Source of the DNA: Vulcanimicrobiota bacterium
Lineage (GTDB): Bacteria > Vulcanimicrobiota > Vulcanimicrobiia > Vulcanimicrobiales > Vulcanimicrobiaceae
Length of the DNA stretch: 64,000 nt
Direction of reading: 5' to 3'
Assembly (NCBI GenBank): GCA_963733295.1
Contig: CAVTCS010000003.1
Location: 2,016,001 to 2,080,000 of the forward strand
Part shown: piece after piece, positions 29,837 through 39,872 of the stretch
Layout of the letters: every line of letters begins with the position of its first letter
Numbering within the stretch: the first letter of the stretch is position 1
Position numbers and translations under genes: made by a program
Notes under the pieces: generated by a model
Databases searched by the model: none
Seen by the model: the letters and a program-made list of their open reading frames with translations, nothing else
Told to the model about the DNA's origin: nothing

Positions 29837-31435
29837 CTAGAGCGAACGTTTCGCACGCGCGATGAAATCGCGCTCGAGGCCTAAGATGTCCGCCAGCGCG
29901 ATCGCGTCGGAACTTCCCGCCGATCCGCTCGTTGCCGCGTTCAAGCGATGGTCCATTGCACCGGCGATGAGCGCCAGCGCGCCGGCCAGCGGCAGCGGCG
30001 CACCGTCGCGCGGCGGCAGCGCGCTCAGCCCGGCGATCGCATAGTGCGCGGCGCCCGCTGCTTCCGCGATGTTTGCGAGGTGCGTCGCTGCGAAAGCGTG
30101 AGCCTCGCGCGCGCTCAGCGTTCCTAAGAGAGCGATCAGCAGCGCGCGTCCTTCGCCCGGCGAAGTCGTGCGAGCGAACTCGTCGATCAGAACGAGCGCC
30201 GGCCCCGCAGGGCGCTCCAGCAGCTCGCGCAGTTCGACCAGCTCGTTTCCGAAGGCTGAAAGCAGCGCGGTTTCCTCGCTCGCGCGGCCGATGCCGATCC
30301 ATTCGATCTCGTCGAAAAGCGGGACGCGCGCGCTCGCTGCCGGCACCGGAACGCCGCGAGCGACGCACGCGGCGACGAAACCGCAGGTCCGCAAAGCGGC
30401 CGTTTTCCCGCCCATGTTCGGGCCGGTAACGACCGCGACGCGCTCGAGCGAAAGTGAGATCGGCTCGTACGGTCTGCCGGCGTCGGCCAGGCGTTCCTCG
30501 AGCGGCAAGAAGCGTGCGCGTTCGAACGCGAGCGGGCCCGCGCGTCCGATGATCTCGGGCTCGATCGTATCGTACGATTGCGCGAAGCGAACCCGAGCGA
30601 GAAAACCATCCAACGCACCGAGCGCATCGCAGGCCACCGTCACGCGCGGCGCGGTCTCGCGAACTTGCGCGGTGAGCTGCGCGCGCACCCGTTCTTCGCA
30701 CTCCGCGACGACGGTTTCGGCCGCTTCGCTTGCGGCCAGCGCCGCGAGCCCGGTCTCGCCGAGCACAAGCTCGCACAGCAGGTAGGTCGGCGCCTCGCGA
30801 ACGACGCGCACTCCTTCGGGAACGACGTCCGCAAGCTTCTCGCGCATCACGATGAACTCGCCGTCACGCAGGTGGTCAACGCCGAGCGCGCGAGCGACGC
30901 GCGCAGCAAGCGCGCTGCGTTCGCTATCGAGCGTTGCGCGGCGAGCCGCCGCGTCGCCGCGTGCAGCCGCGAGCTTCGGGTCGAACCGCTCGGCGAGAAA
31001 GAACGAACGCGCGGGGGTTCGACCCGGCGCGAGCGCACGCGCGAGATCGTCGAGCGGTTCCGCAACGGCGACGATTCCCTCCGGCAGCCCTTTCGTCAAC
31101 TCGCGAATCGCGCTCACCGCATCCAGAAAGCGCTGGAGTTCGAAGAAGTCGGTGTCGGCCAGGACATCGCCCGCGACGGCGCGCGCGACGATAGCCTCAG
31201 GGTCCGGCGCGTCCGCGATCTCCCGGCGCAGCGTTTCGAGCGTGGCGCGCTCGAGCGAGTTTGCTGCTCGAACGACGGCTCCGATCGCGCTGCGCGCGCT
31301 CGCTTCGTCGCCCGCGACGAAGGCACGCTCGCGACGCCGCGCGCGACGCCCGAGTTCCGCGACCGGCGCGATCGCAGCCTCGAGCCACGCGGCGCCGATC
31401 TCGTTCCCCGTTGCCTCGCTCCAGGGGAGCTTCAC
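29837..31435 (-). CDS. kamC: MutS domain V ATPase, KamC-like (lysine 5,6-aminomutase reactivase large subunit)
   Basis: GPNMGGKT, LSAFGNE, IDEFARTT, ATH; no mismatch-binding domain; coupled to kamB-like gene, kce nearby. Confidence 0.72.
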   Translation of the reverse strand: MKLPWSEATGNEIGAAWLEAAIAPVAELGRRARRRERAFVAGDEASARSAIGAVVRAANSLERATLETLRREIADAPDPEAIVARAVAGDVLADTDFFELQRFLDAVSAIRELTKGLPEGIVAVAEPLDDLARALAPGRTPARSFFLAERFDPKLAAARGDAAARRATLDSERSALAARVARALGVDHLRDGEFIVMREKLADVVPEGVRVVREAPTYLLCELVLGETGLAALAASEAAETVVAECEERVRAQLTAQVRETAPRVTVACDALGALDGFLARVRFAQSYDTIEPEIIGRAGPLAFERARFLPLEERLADAGRPYEPISLSLERVAVVTGPNMGGKTAALRTCGFVAACVARGVPVPAASARVPLFDEIEWIGIGRASEETALLSAFGNELVELRELLERPAGPALVLIDEFARTTSPGEGRALLIALLGTLSAREAHAFAATHLANIAEAAGAAHYAIAGLSALPPRDGAPLPLAGALALIAGAMDHRLNAATSGSAGSSDAIALADILGLERDFIARAKRSL

Positions 31436-32322
31436 GCGGCCGTCCCGGCGTACACGTCGAAAGCCGGCAGTCCGGTCGCGCTCGCGACGCCGTGCAGAAA
31501 CGCTGCCGGCTCGAAGCTACGCTCCTGCGCGAGCGACGCGATCGTGCATGCAACCGGCACGAGCGGATGCCGGCAGCGGAGCGCGAGGCGCTCCGCCAGC
31601 CGCAGAAAAGCGCCTCCGCTGAAGGCGATGCGCGTCGGATCCCGCACGACGACTTGGCGGCGCTCGCTCTGCGCGGCCAACCTCGCAGCGTGCTCGAGGC
31701 TGAGCGCACCCTCGATGGCGAGCATCTCGTGCGCGGGATCGACTCGCGCAATGCGCAAGCGCGCGACGAGCGCGGCGGCCGCTTCGACGGCGTGCGCCAG
31801 CGTCGGCGCACTCGCCGCTCCAGTCGCCACCACGATGGCATCCTGCCCGTCGCGCAAAGCCGCTATTCGATCGACCGCGCCGTCGATCAGGACGAAATGC
31901 GCGCCGAGCTCTTCGAAATACGTGGCGATGCGGCGCAACGCGTTCGCCTGCGGCGGACCGGCGATCTCGAACCGGCCCGGCGCGCGAACCCGCGCAAAGA
32001 CGATCGGACCGAGAGCACTCGTTTCACCCGAAAGCGCGACGATCTCAGCTGCCGGATGGCGCGGCAGAAGCGCGGCCGCGGTTGCGATCAGCACCCCCTC
32101 GCGGAGATCGAAGCGGGGCTTGGGCGAACCGTCCAGCGCGTCGGTGCTTTCGCCGTCACGCCCGATCGAACACAACCCGAACGCTTTTCCCTGGTGCTGC
32201 AGTGCGGCGCAAACGGCAGCGACGGTCACGGTCTTGCCGGCGTTTTTGCTCGTTCCGACGACCGCCAGCGAACGCGCTCCGGCGGCTCGCGCCCGGGCCA
32301 GCAACGCGGCTCCCACGTCCAT
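31432..32322 (-). CDS. kamB: P-loop protein, KamB-like (reactivase small subunit)
   Basis: VVGTSKNAGKT, SIGRDGE, KP, TSALG, IDGAVDR, ATGAA. Confidence 0.7.
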   Translation of the reverse strand: MDVGAALLARARAAGARSLAVVGTSKNAGKTVTVAAVCAALQHQGKAFGLCSIGRDGESTDALDGSPKPRFDLREGVLIATAAALLPRHPAAEIVALSGETSALGPIVFARVRAPGRFEIAGPPQANALRRIATYFEELGAHFVLIDGAVDRIAALRDGQDAIVVATGAASAPTLAHAVEAAAALVARLRIARVDPAHEMLAIEGALSLEHAARLAAQSERRQVVVRDPTRIAFSGGAFLRLAERLALRCRHPLVPVACTIASLAQERSFEPAAFLHGVASATGLPAFDVYAGTAA

Positions 32323-32323
32323 C

Positions 32324-33661
32324 TCAGCGCGCTTCGACGCGCTCGTAGCGCTCGACTCCGTCGACGTGCCGAACCAGCCGGTAACGGCCTTCGGCGACTT
32401 CCTGCTCCAAGATCGGTACCAGGCGCTCGACCCAATAGGACGTCGCGTCTCTCCGATCGAGCAGAACTGCGCGTGGCGCACGGCCGAGGCCGAGCGAGGC
32501 GTTCGGATCGAAGCCGAGGTGCGCGAATAACTCGTCATGGGTGCCGACATCGAGCGCCGGGGATAGTGCCGCAAGTTCCTGATCGACGATCCGATCGTGC
32601 GAGCCGCGTACGCCCAGATAATGCCCCCAGTGCGTTGGGCTCGCGAAGACCAAATTCGCCACGCAGAGCGCGATCGCGGCGCGCTGCGCGAAGACGGCTA
32701 CGCGCGAACGCTTCGCGTACAGGTGCGCGACGCCGAGCGCGAACGCGGCGAGCACGTAGCCGATCCACGGCGCTGCGTAGTGCTGTCCCATCGTATACGT
32801 GACCGAATCGTGCGAGAACAAGCATTCGGCGAAGCCCGGCAACGCCAACAGAAAAAGCGGCGACAGCAAACAGACGAAGGCGAGCGGAACGAGCGCTTCG
32901 AGGAAATAGGCCGGGCGCCCGATCGAGTACCACGGCGTGTTGCCCGCGTCGGCGTTGCTCTGCCAGGCGTAGAAGTGCAGCGGCGACCACGCTTCGGTCG
33001 CACCCGCGAGGGGCCGCACGAACGCGAAGAAGGCGACGAACGTTGCGAGCGAAAGCGCAAACGCGACCCCGGCAAAGCGCATCCCGGTGACTTCACGCGC
33101 ACGCGCGAAGTAGACGAACGCGAAGAGCGCTGCACACGCGAGGATCAACGCTTGATCTTCCTTGATGCAGAGCGCGAGTACGAGAAAGACCGCCGCGAGC
33201 CGGAAGCGGCGTGCGTCGACGGCCCAAATCAGCCAGAGCGTCACCGCCGGAGCGAAGACGTTCTCATGAAAATCCGCGAAAATGACGCCGGTCAGCGGTG
33301 GATAGAGCAGCCCGACCACTGCGACGCCGAGCGCGAGACCCTCCGGCAAGTGGCGCCGCGCGAACAGAAAGAGCGCGGGTCCCACCAGCGCTCCGCAGAC
33401 AGCCGCGATCGCGATGAGTGCGAGCGGTGAGTGCGTCGCGAGCAGCAGCGGTGCGCACAAGTAGAGAATCGGCGAGAAGTGCACCCTGAAATGGCTGCCG
33501 CCTTCGATCGTGTTGCTGAAGCCGTGGAAGACGCTCGCGATACTCTGCGTGAACAAGCCGAGATCGGCACCGGAATGGTACGTGTTATACCGGTTCGCCC
33601 CTAAAGCAAAGAGCACGACGGCGTACGCAGCGGCAGCGACCCAAATGCCGAGAGCATTCAC
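32324..33661 (-). CDS. DUF2079 family membrane protein (GT-C-like)
   Basis: DLGLFTQ, HFSPIL, DFHE, IKED, HYAAP motifs; multi-TM. Confidence 0.85.
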   Translation of the reverse strand: MNALGIWVAAAAYAVVLFALGANRYNTYHSGADLGLFTQSIASVFHGFSNTIEGGSHFRVHFSPILYLCAPLLLATHSPLALIAIAAVCGALVGPALFLFARRHLPEGLALGVAVVGLLYPPLTGVIFADFHENVFAPAVTLWLIWAVDARRFRLAAVFLVLALCIKEDQALILACAALFAFVYFARAREVTGMRFAGVAFALSLATFVAFFAFVRPLAGATEAWSPLHFYAWQSNADAGNTPWYSIGRPAYFLEALVPLAFVCLLSPLFLLALPGFAECLFSHDSVTYTMGQHYAAPWIGYVLAAFALGVAHLYAKRSRVAVFAQRAAIALCVANLVFASPTHWGHYLGVRGSHDRIVDQELAALSPALDVGTHDELFAHLGFDPNASLGLGRAPRAVLLDRRDATSYWVERLVPILEQEVAEGRYRLVRHVDGVERYERVEAR

Positions 33662-34218
33662 GCGATGCCGGCGTATTTCAGCGCGGCAAACAACGCCCCC
33701 GTGGCAACCAGCACGATCCCTGCGGTCAACGCGGCCCGCGTTCCAACGAGCAGCCCTAACCTCCGGCCGAAGGCGAGTCCGAGCGTCGACGCTAGGATCG
33801 AGGCAAACGCGATCGCGCTGACCGTCTCCCAAAGCGGTACGCGGATGTAGATCACCGAGAAGCCGATGCCGAGCGAGTCGAGACTGATCGAAAGTGAAGC
33901 GACGACAAGGCCCCAACCGGAAGCCAAGTTCAAACCGCCTTTGGCTTCGTTGGTCGTATCGAAGATCATGTACGACCCGACGGCGACCAGCGCGGCAAAG
34001 CCCAGATATCCCGCGATCGCGCCGAAGAGCTCGCCCACGAGTGCGCCGAGACCCACCCCGATCAACGTCATCGCGATTTCGGCTGTGGCGAACGAGAGGG
34101 CGATTCGAACGCGCTGGGGACGGGTCAGGGGTTGCATGCCGACGCCGACGCACACGGCGAATACATCGAGCGCGAGCGATCCGGCGAGCAGCACCACGCG
34201 CCATGTGATGGAGACCAT
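33658..34218 (-). CDS. mntP: Manganese efflux pump MntP family
   Basis: SLALDVFAV and SISLDSLGIG repeats, about six TMs. Confidence 0.82.
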   Translation of the reverse strand: MVSITWRVVLLAGSLALDVFAVCVGVGMQPLTRPQRVRIALSFATAEIAMTLIGVGLGALVGELFGAIAGYLGFAALVAVGSYMIFDTTNEAKGGLNLASGWGLVVASLSISLDSLGIGFSVIYIRVPLWETVSAIAFASILASTLGLAFGRRLGLLVGTRAALTAGIVLVATGALFAALKYAGIA

Positions 34219-34294
34219 TTCAGCCGCACTACGGCCGGAGCCGCTAGGTTCCCTCGAAGGCCGCCGTTACGGACCGTCGAACGCGCAATTCTCG

Positions 34295-35188
34295 ATGGCC
34301 GTCATCGACAAGCTTCTCGCGCCGGATTCAGCCTTTCAGCGGCGCTTCTTCTTTCTTGCGAAGCGCTTCGTGGCCGGCGAAACCATCGACTCGGCCCTCG
34401 CTACGGTTGCCGCGCTGAATTCCGAGGGATTGAGTGCGTCGCTCGATTTCCTCGGGGAGGACGTCGTGCGGCCCGAGGAGGCGCAACACACGCGCGACAC
34501 GTATCTCGCCACGCTCGCCGCGATCGAACGCAACAGCGTCCGCACCAACGTTTCGCTCAAACTGACGGCGCTGGGTCTTTTGGTCGACGAGGAAATGTGC
34601 CTGCGCTACCTGGATGAGATCCTGACGCGAGCCTCGACGCTGCCCGACCCGTTCGTGCGCATCGACATGGAGGGCTCGAGCGTCACCGACGCGACCCTTC
34701 GGGTCTTCGAGCGCGCCTTCGCCCGGCACGACAACGTCGGCATCGTGCTGCAAGCGTACCTGCGGCGAACGCCGCAAGACCTCGAGCACGCAATCGCTCT
34801 CCGCGCGCGCGTACGGCTGTGCAAAGGCGCGTACAACGAACCGGTCGAGATCGCGTATCCCGACATGGCTTCGATCCGGCGCGAATTTCTTCGCTCGGCC
34901 GAAGCGCTGCTCACGCGTGGGAAGTACCCGGGCATCGCGACGCACGACGAGCGCCTGATCGCCGCCATCAGGCGATTAATCGGCGAACGCTCCATCTCGC
35001 CCGACGCGTTTGAGTTTCAGATGCTCTACGGCGTCCGTCCCGATCTGCAGCGCGAGCTGGTGCGAGACGGGTACAACGTACGCGTCTACGTCCCGTTCGG
35101 GACGCACTGGGCCGGCTATTTCTACCGCCGCATCACCGAGCGCAAAGAGAACGCCCTCTTCGCCCTCCGCTCAATCTTCGCACGCTAA
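34295..35188 (+). CDS. Proline dehydrogenase (monofunctional)
   Basis: RFVAGE, SLKLT, RIDME, RLCKGAY, IATHD, FQMLYG, YFYRR. Confidence 0.95.
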   Translation: MAVIDKLLAPDSAFQRRFFFLAKRFVAGETIDSALATVAALNSEGLSASLDFLGEDVVRPEEAQHTRDTYLATLAAIERNSVRTNVSLKLTALGLLVDEEMCLRYLDEILTRASTLPDPFVRIDMEGSSVTDATLRVFERAFARHDNVGIVLQAYLRRTPQDLEHAIALRARVRLCKGAYNEPVEIAYPDMASIRREFLRSAEALLTRGKYPGIATHDERLIAAIRRLIGERSISPDAFEFQMLYGVRPDLQRELVRDGYNVRVYVPFGTHWAGYFYRRITERKENALFALRSIFAR

Positions 35189-35197
35189 AGCCGCGAG

Positions 35198-36649
35198 TCA
35201 ACCGTCGAGGAGCTGCTCGACTCGAAGCATGCGGTCGCTTTCGACTAAGCGTCCGAGGACGTCGAAGCCGTCGGTGACTTCGCCGAATACCGTGAAGTCT
35301 CGATCGAGATTGAGCTGCGGTGAGAGCGTGATGTAGAATTGCCCTCCGCCCGAGTCGCGCGACGCATGACCGTTCGTGTATTCGAGGGCCATCGCGATGA
35401 CACCCGAGCGCTGCTCGACCGGGTTCATTTCGCCGCGAATCGTAAAGCCGGCATCTCCGTCGATGTTGTTGTGCGGGTCGCCCGTCTGTACGACGAAATC
35501 CGGAACGACGCGGTACCAGCGCTCGCCGTCGAAGTATCCGGCATTTGCGAGGCGCAAAAAGTTCGCGACGGTGAAAGGCGCCCACTCGGGATAGAGGCGC
35601 AGGATGACGTCACCCTTCGTCGTGATGATGCGTACTCGCGGATGCGAACCGGACATCGGACCGTTCATGCCGAGCGCAGTCGAAGGCGCGTAGAGCGGGG
35701 CGTAGGTGATGTCGTCAACGCCGGGCGCTGCGGGCTTCCGCGGCGGCGAATGCGGCAGCGGCGGCTCGCGCGGCGGAGGGGACGGTTGCGGCGTGGCCAC
35801 GTGCAGCCCGGGCGGCTGCGCCTTCAAATCGGTCGTGAGCGGCTCTTTAGCAAGTTGGTGCAATGCTTCGCGGACTTGGAGCTGCACGCGCCATGAGGGA
35901 TCGTCGAGCAGCGGGCGCAGCAGCTCCGCGGCGTCCGGATCGGCGCGTTTCCCCCACGCCCGGACGGCCTCGATGCGCACGAGATCGCTCGTGTCGTGGA
36001 GACCCGTGAGCAGAACGTTGCGGTCGGCCACCGTGGCGTAGCCCCGGAAAAGGGCCCACATCTCGTGCCAGCGCACGTCCGCATCCCGCTCGGCCATAAA
36101 CTGCCGCCCGAGGGCCGCGGCCAGAGTGGCACTCGATGGAGTCGTTCCGAAAACGTCGGTGTTTGCCGCCGCATGGCCGCGGACGGTGAGATCTTTGTCG
36201 GCGAGCGCCGCCTCGAGCTGGGCCGCGAGCGCCGGCGTGCCAAGAGTCGCGTCAGCCCCCACGATCCGGCCGATGGCGTCGAGCGCTGCGTAGCGCACCG
36301 CCGAGTTCTGATCGTCTGTGGCCAGGGAACCGAGGGCGGCGGCAGAGTCGGAATCCAGCAAAAGGCCCAACGAATAGGCCGCCATGGCCCTCACGCGCGG
36401 GTCGGAGGCTCGCAGCAGGGGGCGCAGGAGAGGACGGCTCTCGGGACTCCCGATGCGTCCCAAAGCCAGCGCGGCCCGAGCCGCGAGGTCCGGATTAGAC
36501 GATGTCAGCAGAGCCGTCAGGGCCGGATCCGACTTTTTTGACAGCTCGGAGCTCACGATAGTCTGCAAGGGGCCGCTCGGTGCCGCTTGGGCGGCCGTCA
36601 CGCTCGCGACCGTGAGTGCGCTCAAAAAGAAAAGGGTAAGCTTTCGAAC
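35198..36649 (-). CDS. Secreted HEAT-repeat protein fused to a cyclophilin-type PPIase domain
   Basis: Signal peptide, HEAT repeats (VRAMAAYSLG, VRYAALDAIG), Pro linker, YRVVPDFVVQTGDP, SGGGQFYI, FTVFGEV; start uncertain. Confidence 0.88.
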   Translation of the reverse strand, partial: VRKLTLFFLSALTVASVTAAQAAPSGPLQTIVSSELSKKSDPALTALLTSSNPDLAARAALALGRIGSPESRPLLRPLLRASDPRVRAMAAYSLGLLLDSDSAAALGSLATDDQNSAVRYAALDAIGRIVGADATLGTPALAAQLEAALADKDLTVRGHAAANTDVFGTTPSSATLAAALGRQFMAERDADVRWHEMWALFRGYATVADRNVLLTGLHDTSDLVRIEAVRAWGKRADPDAAELLRPLLDDPSWRVQLQVREALHQLAKEPLTTDLKAQPPGLHVATPQPSPPPREPPLPHSPPRKPAAPGVDDITYAPLYAPSTALGMNGPMSGSHPRVRIITTKGDVILRLYPEWAPFTVANFLRLANAGYFDGERWYRVVPDFVVQTGDPHNNIDGDAGFTIRGEMNPVEQRSGVIAMALEYTNGHASRDSGGGQFYITLSPQLNLDRDFTVFGEVTDGFDVLGRLVESDRMLRVEQLLDG

Positions 36650-36775
36650 GGTTCCACCAACTTTCGGGACCTCGTCTGCGTTGAATATTGACAGGCGTCC
36701 TATCTCCGCCCCTCTTAGGCGAAGCAACCGCGCCCAACAAAACAGCAACAAATTAGGGAAGGTAGTCGAAACAAA

Positions 36776-37111
36776 TTGTCTACATCCAAGCGCAAGAGCG
36801 GCGGGATGACGGTCCGCGAAGCCGGCCAAAAAGGCGGCGAGACCGTTAAGCTCAAGTACGGCCCGGAGTTCTACGAAACCATTGGGCGTAAGGGCGGCGA
36901 AGCCACCAAGCTCGCGCACGGCCACGAATTCTACGAACAGATCGGCAAGAAGGGCGGCAAGAAAGGTGGCGAAGCAACTCGCGACCGTTATGGCCCGTCA
37001 TTCTACGAGGAGATCGGTCAAAAGGGCGGGCAAAAGGTCAAGCAATTGATCGAGGAAGGCAAAAAAGCTGCAGCAGCCGCCGCCGAAGCGAGCGCCAAAA
37101 AAGCCTCGTAG
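36776..37111 (+). CDS. KGG-repeat general stress protein (Em/GsiB/Con-10-like)
   Basis: MTVREAGQKGG and three FYEx(I)GxKGG repeats. Confidence 0.9.
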   Translation: MSTSKRKSGGMTVREAGQKGGETVKLKYGPEFYETIGRKGGEATKLAHGHEFYEQIGKKGGKKGGEATRDRYGPSFYEEIGQKGGQKVKQLIEEGKKAAAAAAEASAKKAS

Positions 37112-37121
37112 TCCGATTGGC

Positions 37122-37979
37122 TTGAGTGTGCGCGGCTCAGCCGCGCTGCTCGCCGTCATTTCGTTCGCGGCGTTCTTCGGGACACCGCACTCGAGCAGTG
37201 CGATTCCGGCTCCCGAAGCGGAGCCGCAGCCGCACGGAAAACAAAGTCCGAGCCCGGCACCAACGGCAACGGTCTTCGGCATTTTGCCGGTCGGGTCCGA
37301 CATCTATTTTGTCTTGGACGATGAGTTGAGTTCGGCCAAGAGCAAGCCCGGAACGATCGTGCAAGCTCACCTCAGAGATGCGCTCGTCGTCGGCGGCATG
37401 ACGCTCGCACCGGCCGGCACGCCCCTGTCGATCGAAGTCCTGAGCACGCGTCACAAAGGCGTGGACGAGCAGATGGGCATCGTGCAAGTCCACGTCGAGC
37501 CGCTGCAACTTCCGGGCATTGGTTTGCTTCCGGTTCGAGCGCCGAACGAATATCTCACGATCGAAATGACCGGCGGCCAAGTCGCCACGCAAGCCAGCGC
37601 CGACACCGTCGGAGACATTTTCATACCCTACTATCCGATCTTCCAGATCCTGCGGCCGGGGCACGACTTCGTTCTGCCCAAAGGCGCGGTCTTTCGCGCC
37701 GAAACGACCGCTGCGATCGACGCTCGCAATCGCGCCGCCGTCGTCATAGCGACGCCGCCGCCGATCGTCACGAACTTCGATCCGCCGCACGCCGACTTCC
37801 GCCCGGTGCCGCTGTACACCGCACCGCCGACGCCGAGCCCGAAACCAACGCCGACTCGGAAGCCGCCGACCCCGAGCCCGGAGCCGACGGGCAGCCCGTC
37901 GCCGCACCCGACGGCGTCCCCGTCGCCGGCGCCTTCTCCGCTGGCCTCACCGACAGGGAGCCCGACTCCGCCAACGTAG
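37122..37979 (+). CDS. Hypothetical secreted protein, TrbI/VirB10-like beta core with Pro/Thr/Ser tail
   Basis: LSSAKSKPG...LRDALVVGG..LAPAGT pattern; PTPSP tail. Confidence 0.6.
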   Translation: MSVRGSAALLAVISFAAFFGTPHSSSAIPAPEAEPQPHGKQSPSPAPTATVFGILPVGSDIYFVLDDELSSAKSKPGTIVQAHLRDALVVGGMTLAPAGTPLSIEVLSTRHKGVDEQMGIVQVHVEPLQLPGIGLLPVRAPNEYLTIEMTGGQVATQASADTVGDIFIPYYPIFQILRPGHDFVLPKGAVFRAETTAAIDARNRAAVVIATPPPIVTNFDPPHADFRPVPLYTAPPTPSPKPTPTRKPPTPSPEPTGSPSPHPTASPSPAPSPLASPTGSPTPPT

Positions 37980-37982
37980 AGC

Positions 37983-38660
37983 GTGAGCATGAAGAAATTT
38001 TTCGTACTCTGCGCGACTCTGGCACTGGCTCCGGTACTTGCCGGCGCGCAGGGCATGTCCCCGACGCCCAAGCCCGACGAACACGCGATGGGCACCGAAG
38101 TCGCTTTCGTCTCGACGATCACGAACGATCTGCAGACGCGCTTCCCGACGCCGGCCAGCGCCAACAGGGCCGGCTACGTTCGTTTTACCGATGAAGACAA
38201 CACGGGCGCGATCAGCTACGCGAATCGAAAGTGGACGAGCAGCGACCCCGCCCACCCCAGTCAGCTCTGGTACGACGTCTACGGCCGCCTAATCGGTGCG
38301 GACTACTCGGTGCTTCAATCGGATTCACCGACGGCGCCGAAGCTCTGGGGCGTCGATCCGGGTCGCTGGGACCTGTTCCGGGCGCACGTGCACTACGGCC
38401 TGGTCGGACCGAACGGCACCACGATCTACGGCGGGCTCGGCCCCAAATCACTCGAGGCCGTTGGCGCGACGGTAGATACCGCAACCGCCGCCACGATCGT
38501 CGCCGCGGGAAAAGCGAAAAAGACGAGCGACGTGCGCTTTCTCTTCACGTTCCCCGCGATTTGGGATCTCCAAGTCTGGCTGATTCCCAATCCCAACGGT
38601 GCGTTCGCGGAAAAGAACCCCAACGTGACGCCGTCGAGCGGCGCCAAGATGCAGATGTAA
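37983..38660 (+). CDS. Hypothetical secreted protein
   Basis: Signal peptide MKKFFVLCATLALAP; W.PNPNGAFA.NP C-terminal motif. Confidence 0.7.
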   Translation: MSMKKFFVLCATLALAPVLAGAQGMSPTPKPDEHAMGTEVAFVSTITNDLQTRFPTPASANRAGYVRFTDEDNTGAISYANRKWTSSDPAHPSQLWYDVYGRLIGADYSVLQSDSPTAPKLWGVDPGRWDLFRAHVHYGLVGPNGTTIYGGLGPKSLEAVGATVDTATAATIVAAGKAKKTSDVRFLFTFPAIWDLQVWLIPNPNGAFAEKNPNVTPSSGAKMQM

Positions 38661-38667
38661 CTGGTCC

Positions 38668-39840
38668 CTACTCGGACGACCAGTAGTCTTTCAGCGCTTT
38701 TCCGCGTGAGGGGTGGCGTAGTTTGCGGAGCGCCTTGGCTTCTATTTGGCGGATGCGCTCGCGCGTCACGCCGAACTCTTGACCGACTTCCTCGAGCGTG
38801 CGCTGATGCCCGTCCTCGAGACCGAAGCGCAGCACGAGTACCTTCCGCTCGCGCTCCGTCAGGTTCTTGAGGACGTCAGCCATCTTCTCTTTGAGCAGCA
38901 TGACCGAAGCGGCCTCCGCAGGTGCGACGGCCTCTTGATCTTCGATGAAGTCGCCGAGATGCGAATCTTCCTCTTCGCCGATCGGGGTCTCGAGTGAGAT
39001 CGGTTCTTGCGAGATCTTGATGACCTCGCGCACCTTCTCCGGCGTCAGACCCATCTCGTGCGCGATCTCCTCGACCGTCGGATCGCGACCCAATTCTTGG
39101 AGCAGCTGGCGTGAAATCTTGATCGAGCGGTTGATCGTCTCGACCATGTGCACCGGGATCCGAATCGTGCGCGCCTGATCGGCCAGCGCGCGGGTGATCG
39201 CTTGACGGATCCACCACGTCGCGTAGGTCGAGAACTTGTAGCCCTTGCGATAGTCGAATTTTTCAACCGCGCGGATCAACCCGAGATTCCCCTCCTGGAT
39301 CAAGTCCAAGAAGAGCATGCCGCGGCCGACGTACTTTTTCGCGATCGAAACCACGAGCCGTAAATTCGCTTCGGTGAGTTTTCGTTTGGCCTCGGCGCCG
39401 GCATCGATGACGGCATTGCGAGCCAGGCCATTTTTCTGGGCCTCGAGTTCGCCTGCTTCGATCGCCATCGCCAAGCGCTTTTCGTCGTCCATCGAGAGGA
39501 GCGGAACGCGTCCGATTTCCTTGAGGTACATGCGGACCGGATCGTCGAGCGAAAGCCCTGCAGGCAGCGTGTCGGCGGCGTTCTCCTCAGCACCGTCCTG
39601 CGCCGGTTTCTCTTCCTTCTGCTCGTCGACGATCTCGATGCTCATCGCAGCGATCTCCTCGAAGAGCTCGTCGATGCGCTCGGGGTTGACGTCTTCGACG
39701 TTTTCGAAAACCGCATTGATTTCTTCATAGGTCAGCGATCCGCGTTTCTTTCCGCGCTCCATCAGCTTCTTGATCGCTTCCTCGAGCGATGGGGCGTTCG
39801 CAGCGTCCGCGACCGGTGCTGCGGTTTTCTTGCGTGCCAT
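38668..39840 (-). CDS. rpoD: RNA polymerase primary sigma factor
   Basis: Region 1.1, [47 protein letters not shown]. Confidence 0.98.
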   Translation of the reverse strand: MARKKTAAPVADAANAPSLEEAIKKLMERGKKRGSLTYEEINAVFENVEDVNPERIDELFEEIAAMSIEIVDEQKEEKPAQDGAEENAADTLPAGLSLDDPVRMYLKEIGRVPLLSMDDEKRLAMAIEAGELEAQKNGLARNAVIDAGAEAKRKLTEANLRLVVSIAKKYVGRGMLFLDLIQEGNLGLIRAVEKFDYRKGYKFSTYATWWIRQAITRALADQARTIRIPVHMVETINRSIKISRQLLQELGRDPTVEEIAHEMGLTPEKVREVIKISQEPISLETPIGEEEDSHLGDFIEDQEAVAPAEAASVMLLKEKMADVLKNLTERERKVLVLRFGLEDGHQRTLEEVGQEFGVTRERIRQIEAKALRKLRHPSRGKALKDYWSSE

Positions 39841-39872
39841 GTCTTTCTAACTCACCTCCTCTCCGTATGTCG

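Noticed and set aside
29837..31435. Mismatch-repair MutS or MutS2
   Set aside because: Lacks mismatch-recognition and Smr domains; context fits KamC
30578..32802. 650-aa and 513-aa plus-strand ORFs
   Set aside because: Antisense to the kamB/kamC-like genes, Arg/Ala-rich with no motifs
34219..34294. yybP-ykoY manganese riboswitch before mntP
   Set aside because: Intergenic space is short, shared with the divergent proline dehydrogenase gene, and no motif was recognised
36800..37040. Periodic AAGGGCGGC repeats as a CRISPR or ncRNA array
   Set aside because: Explained by KGG protein repeats
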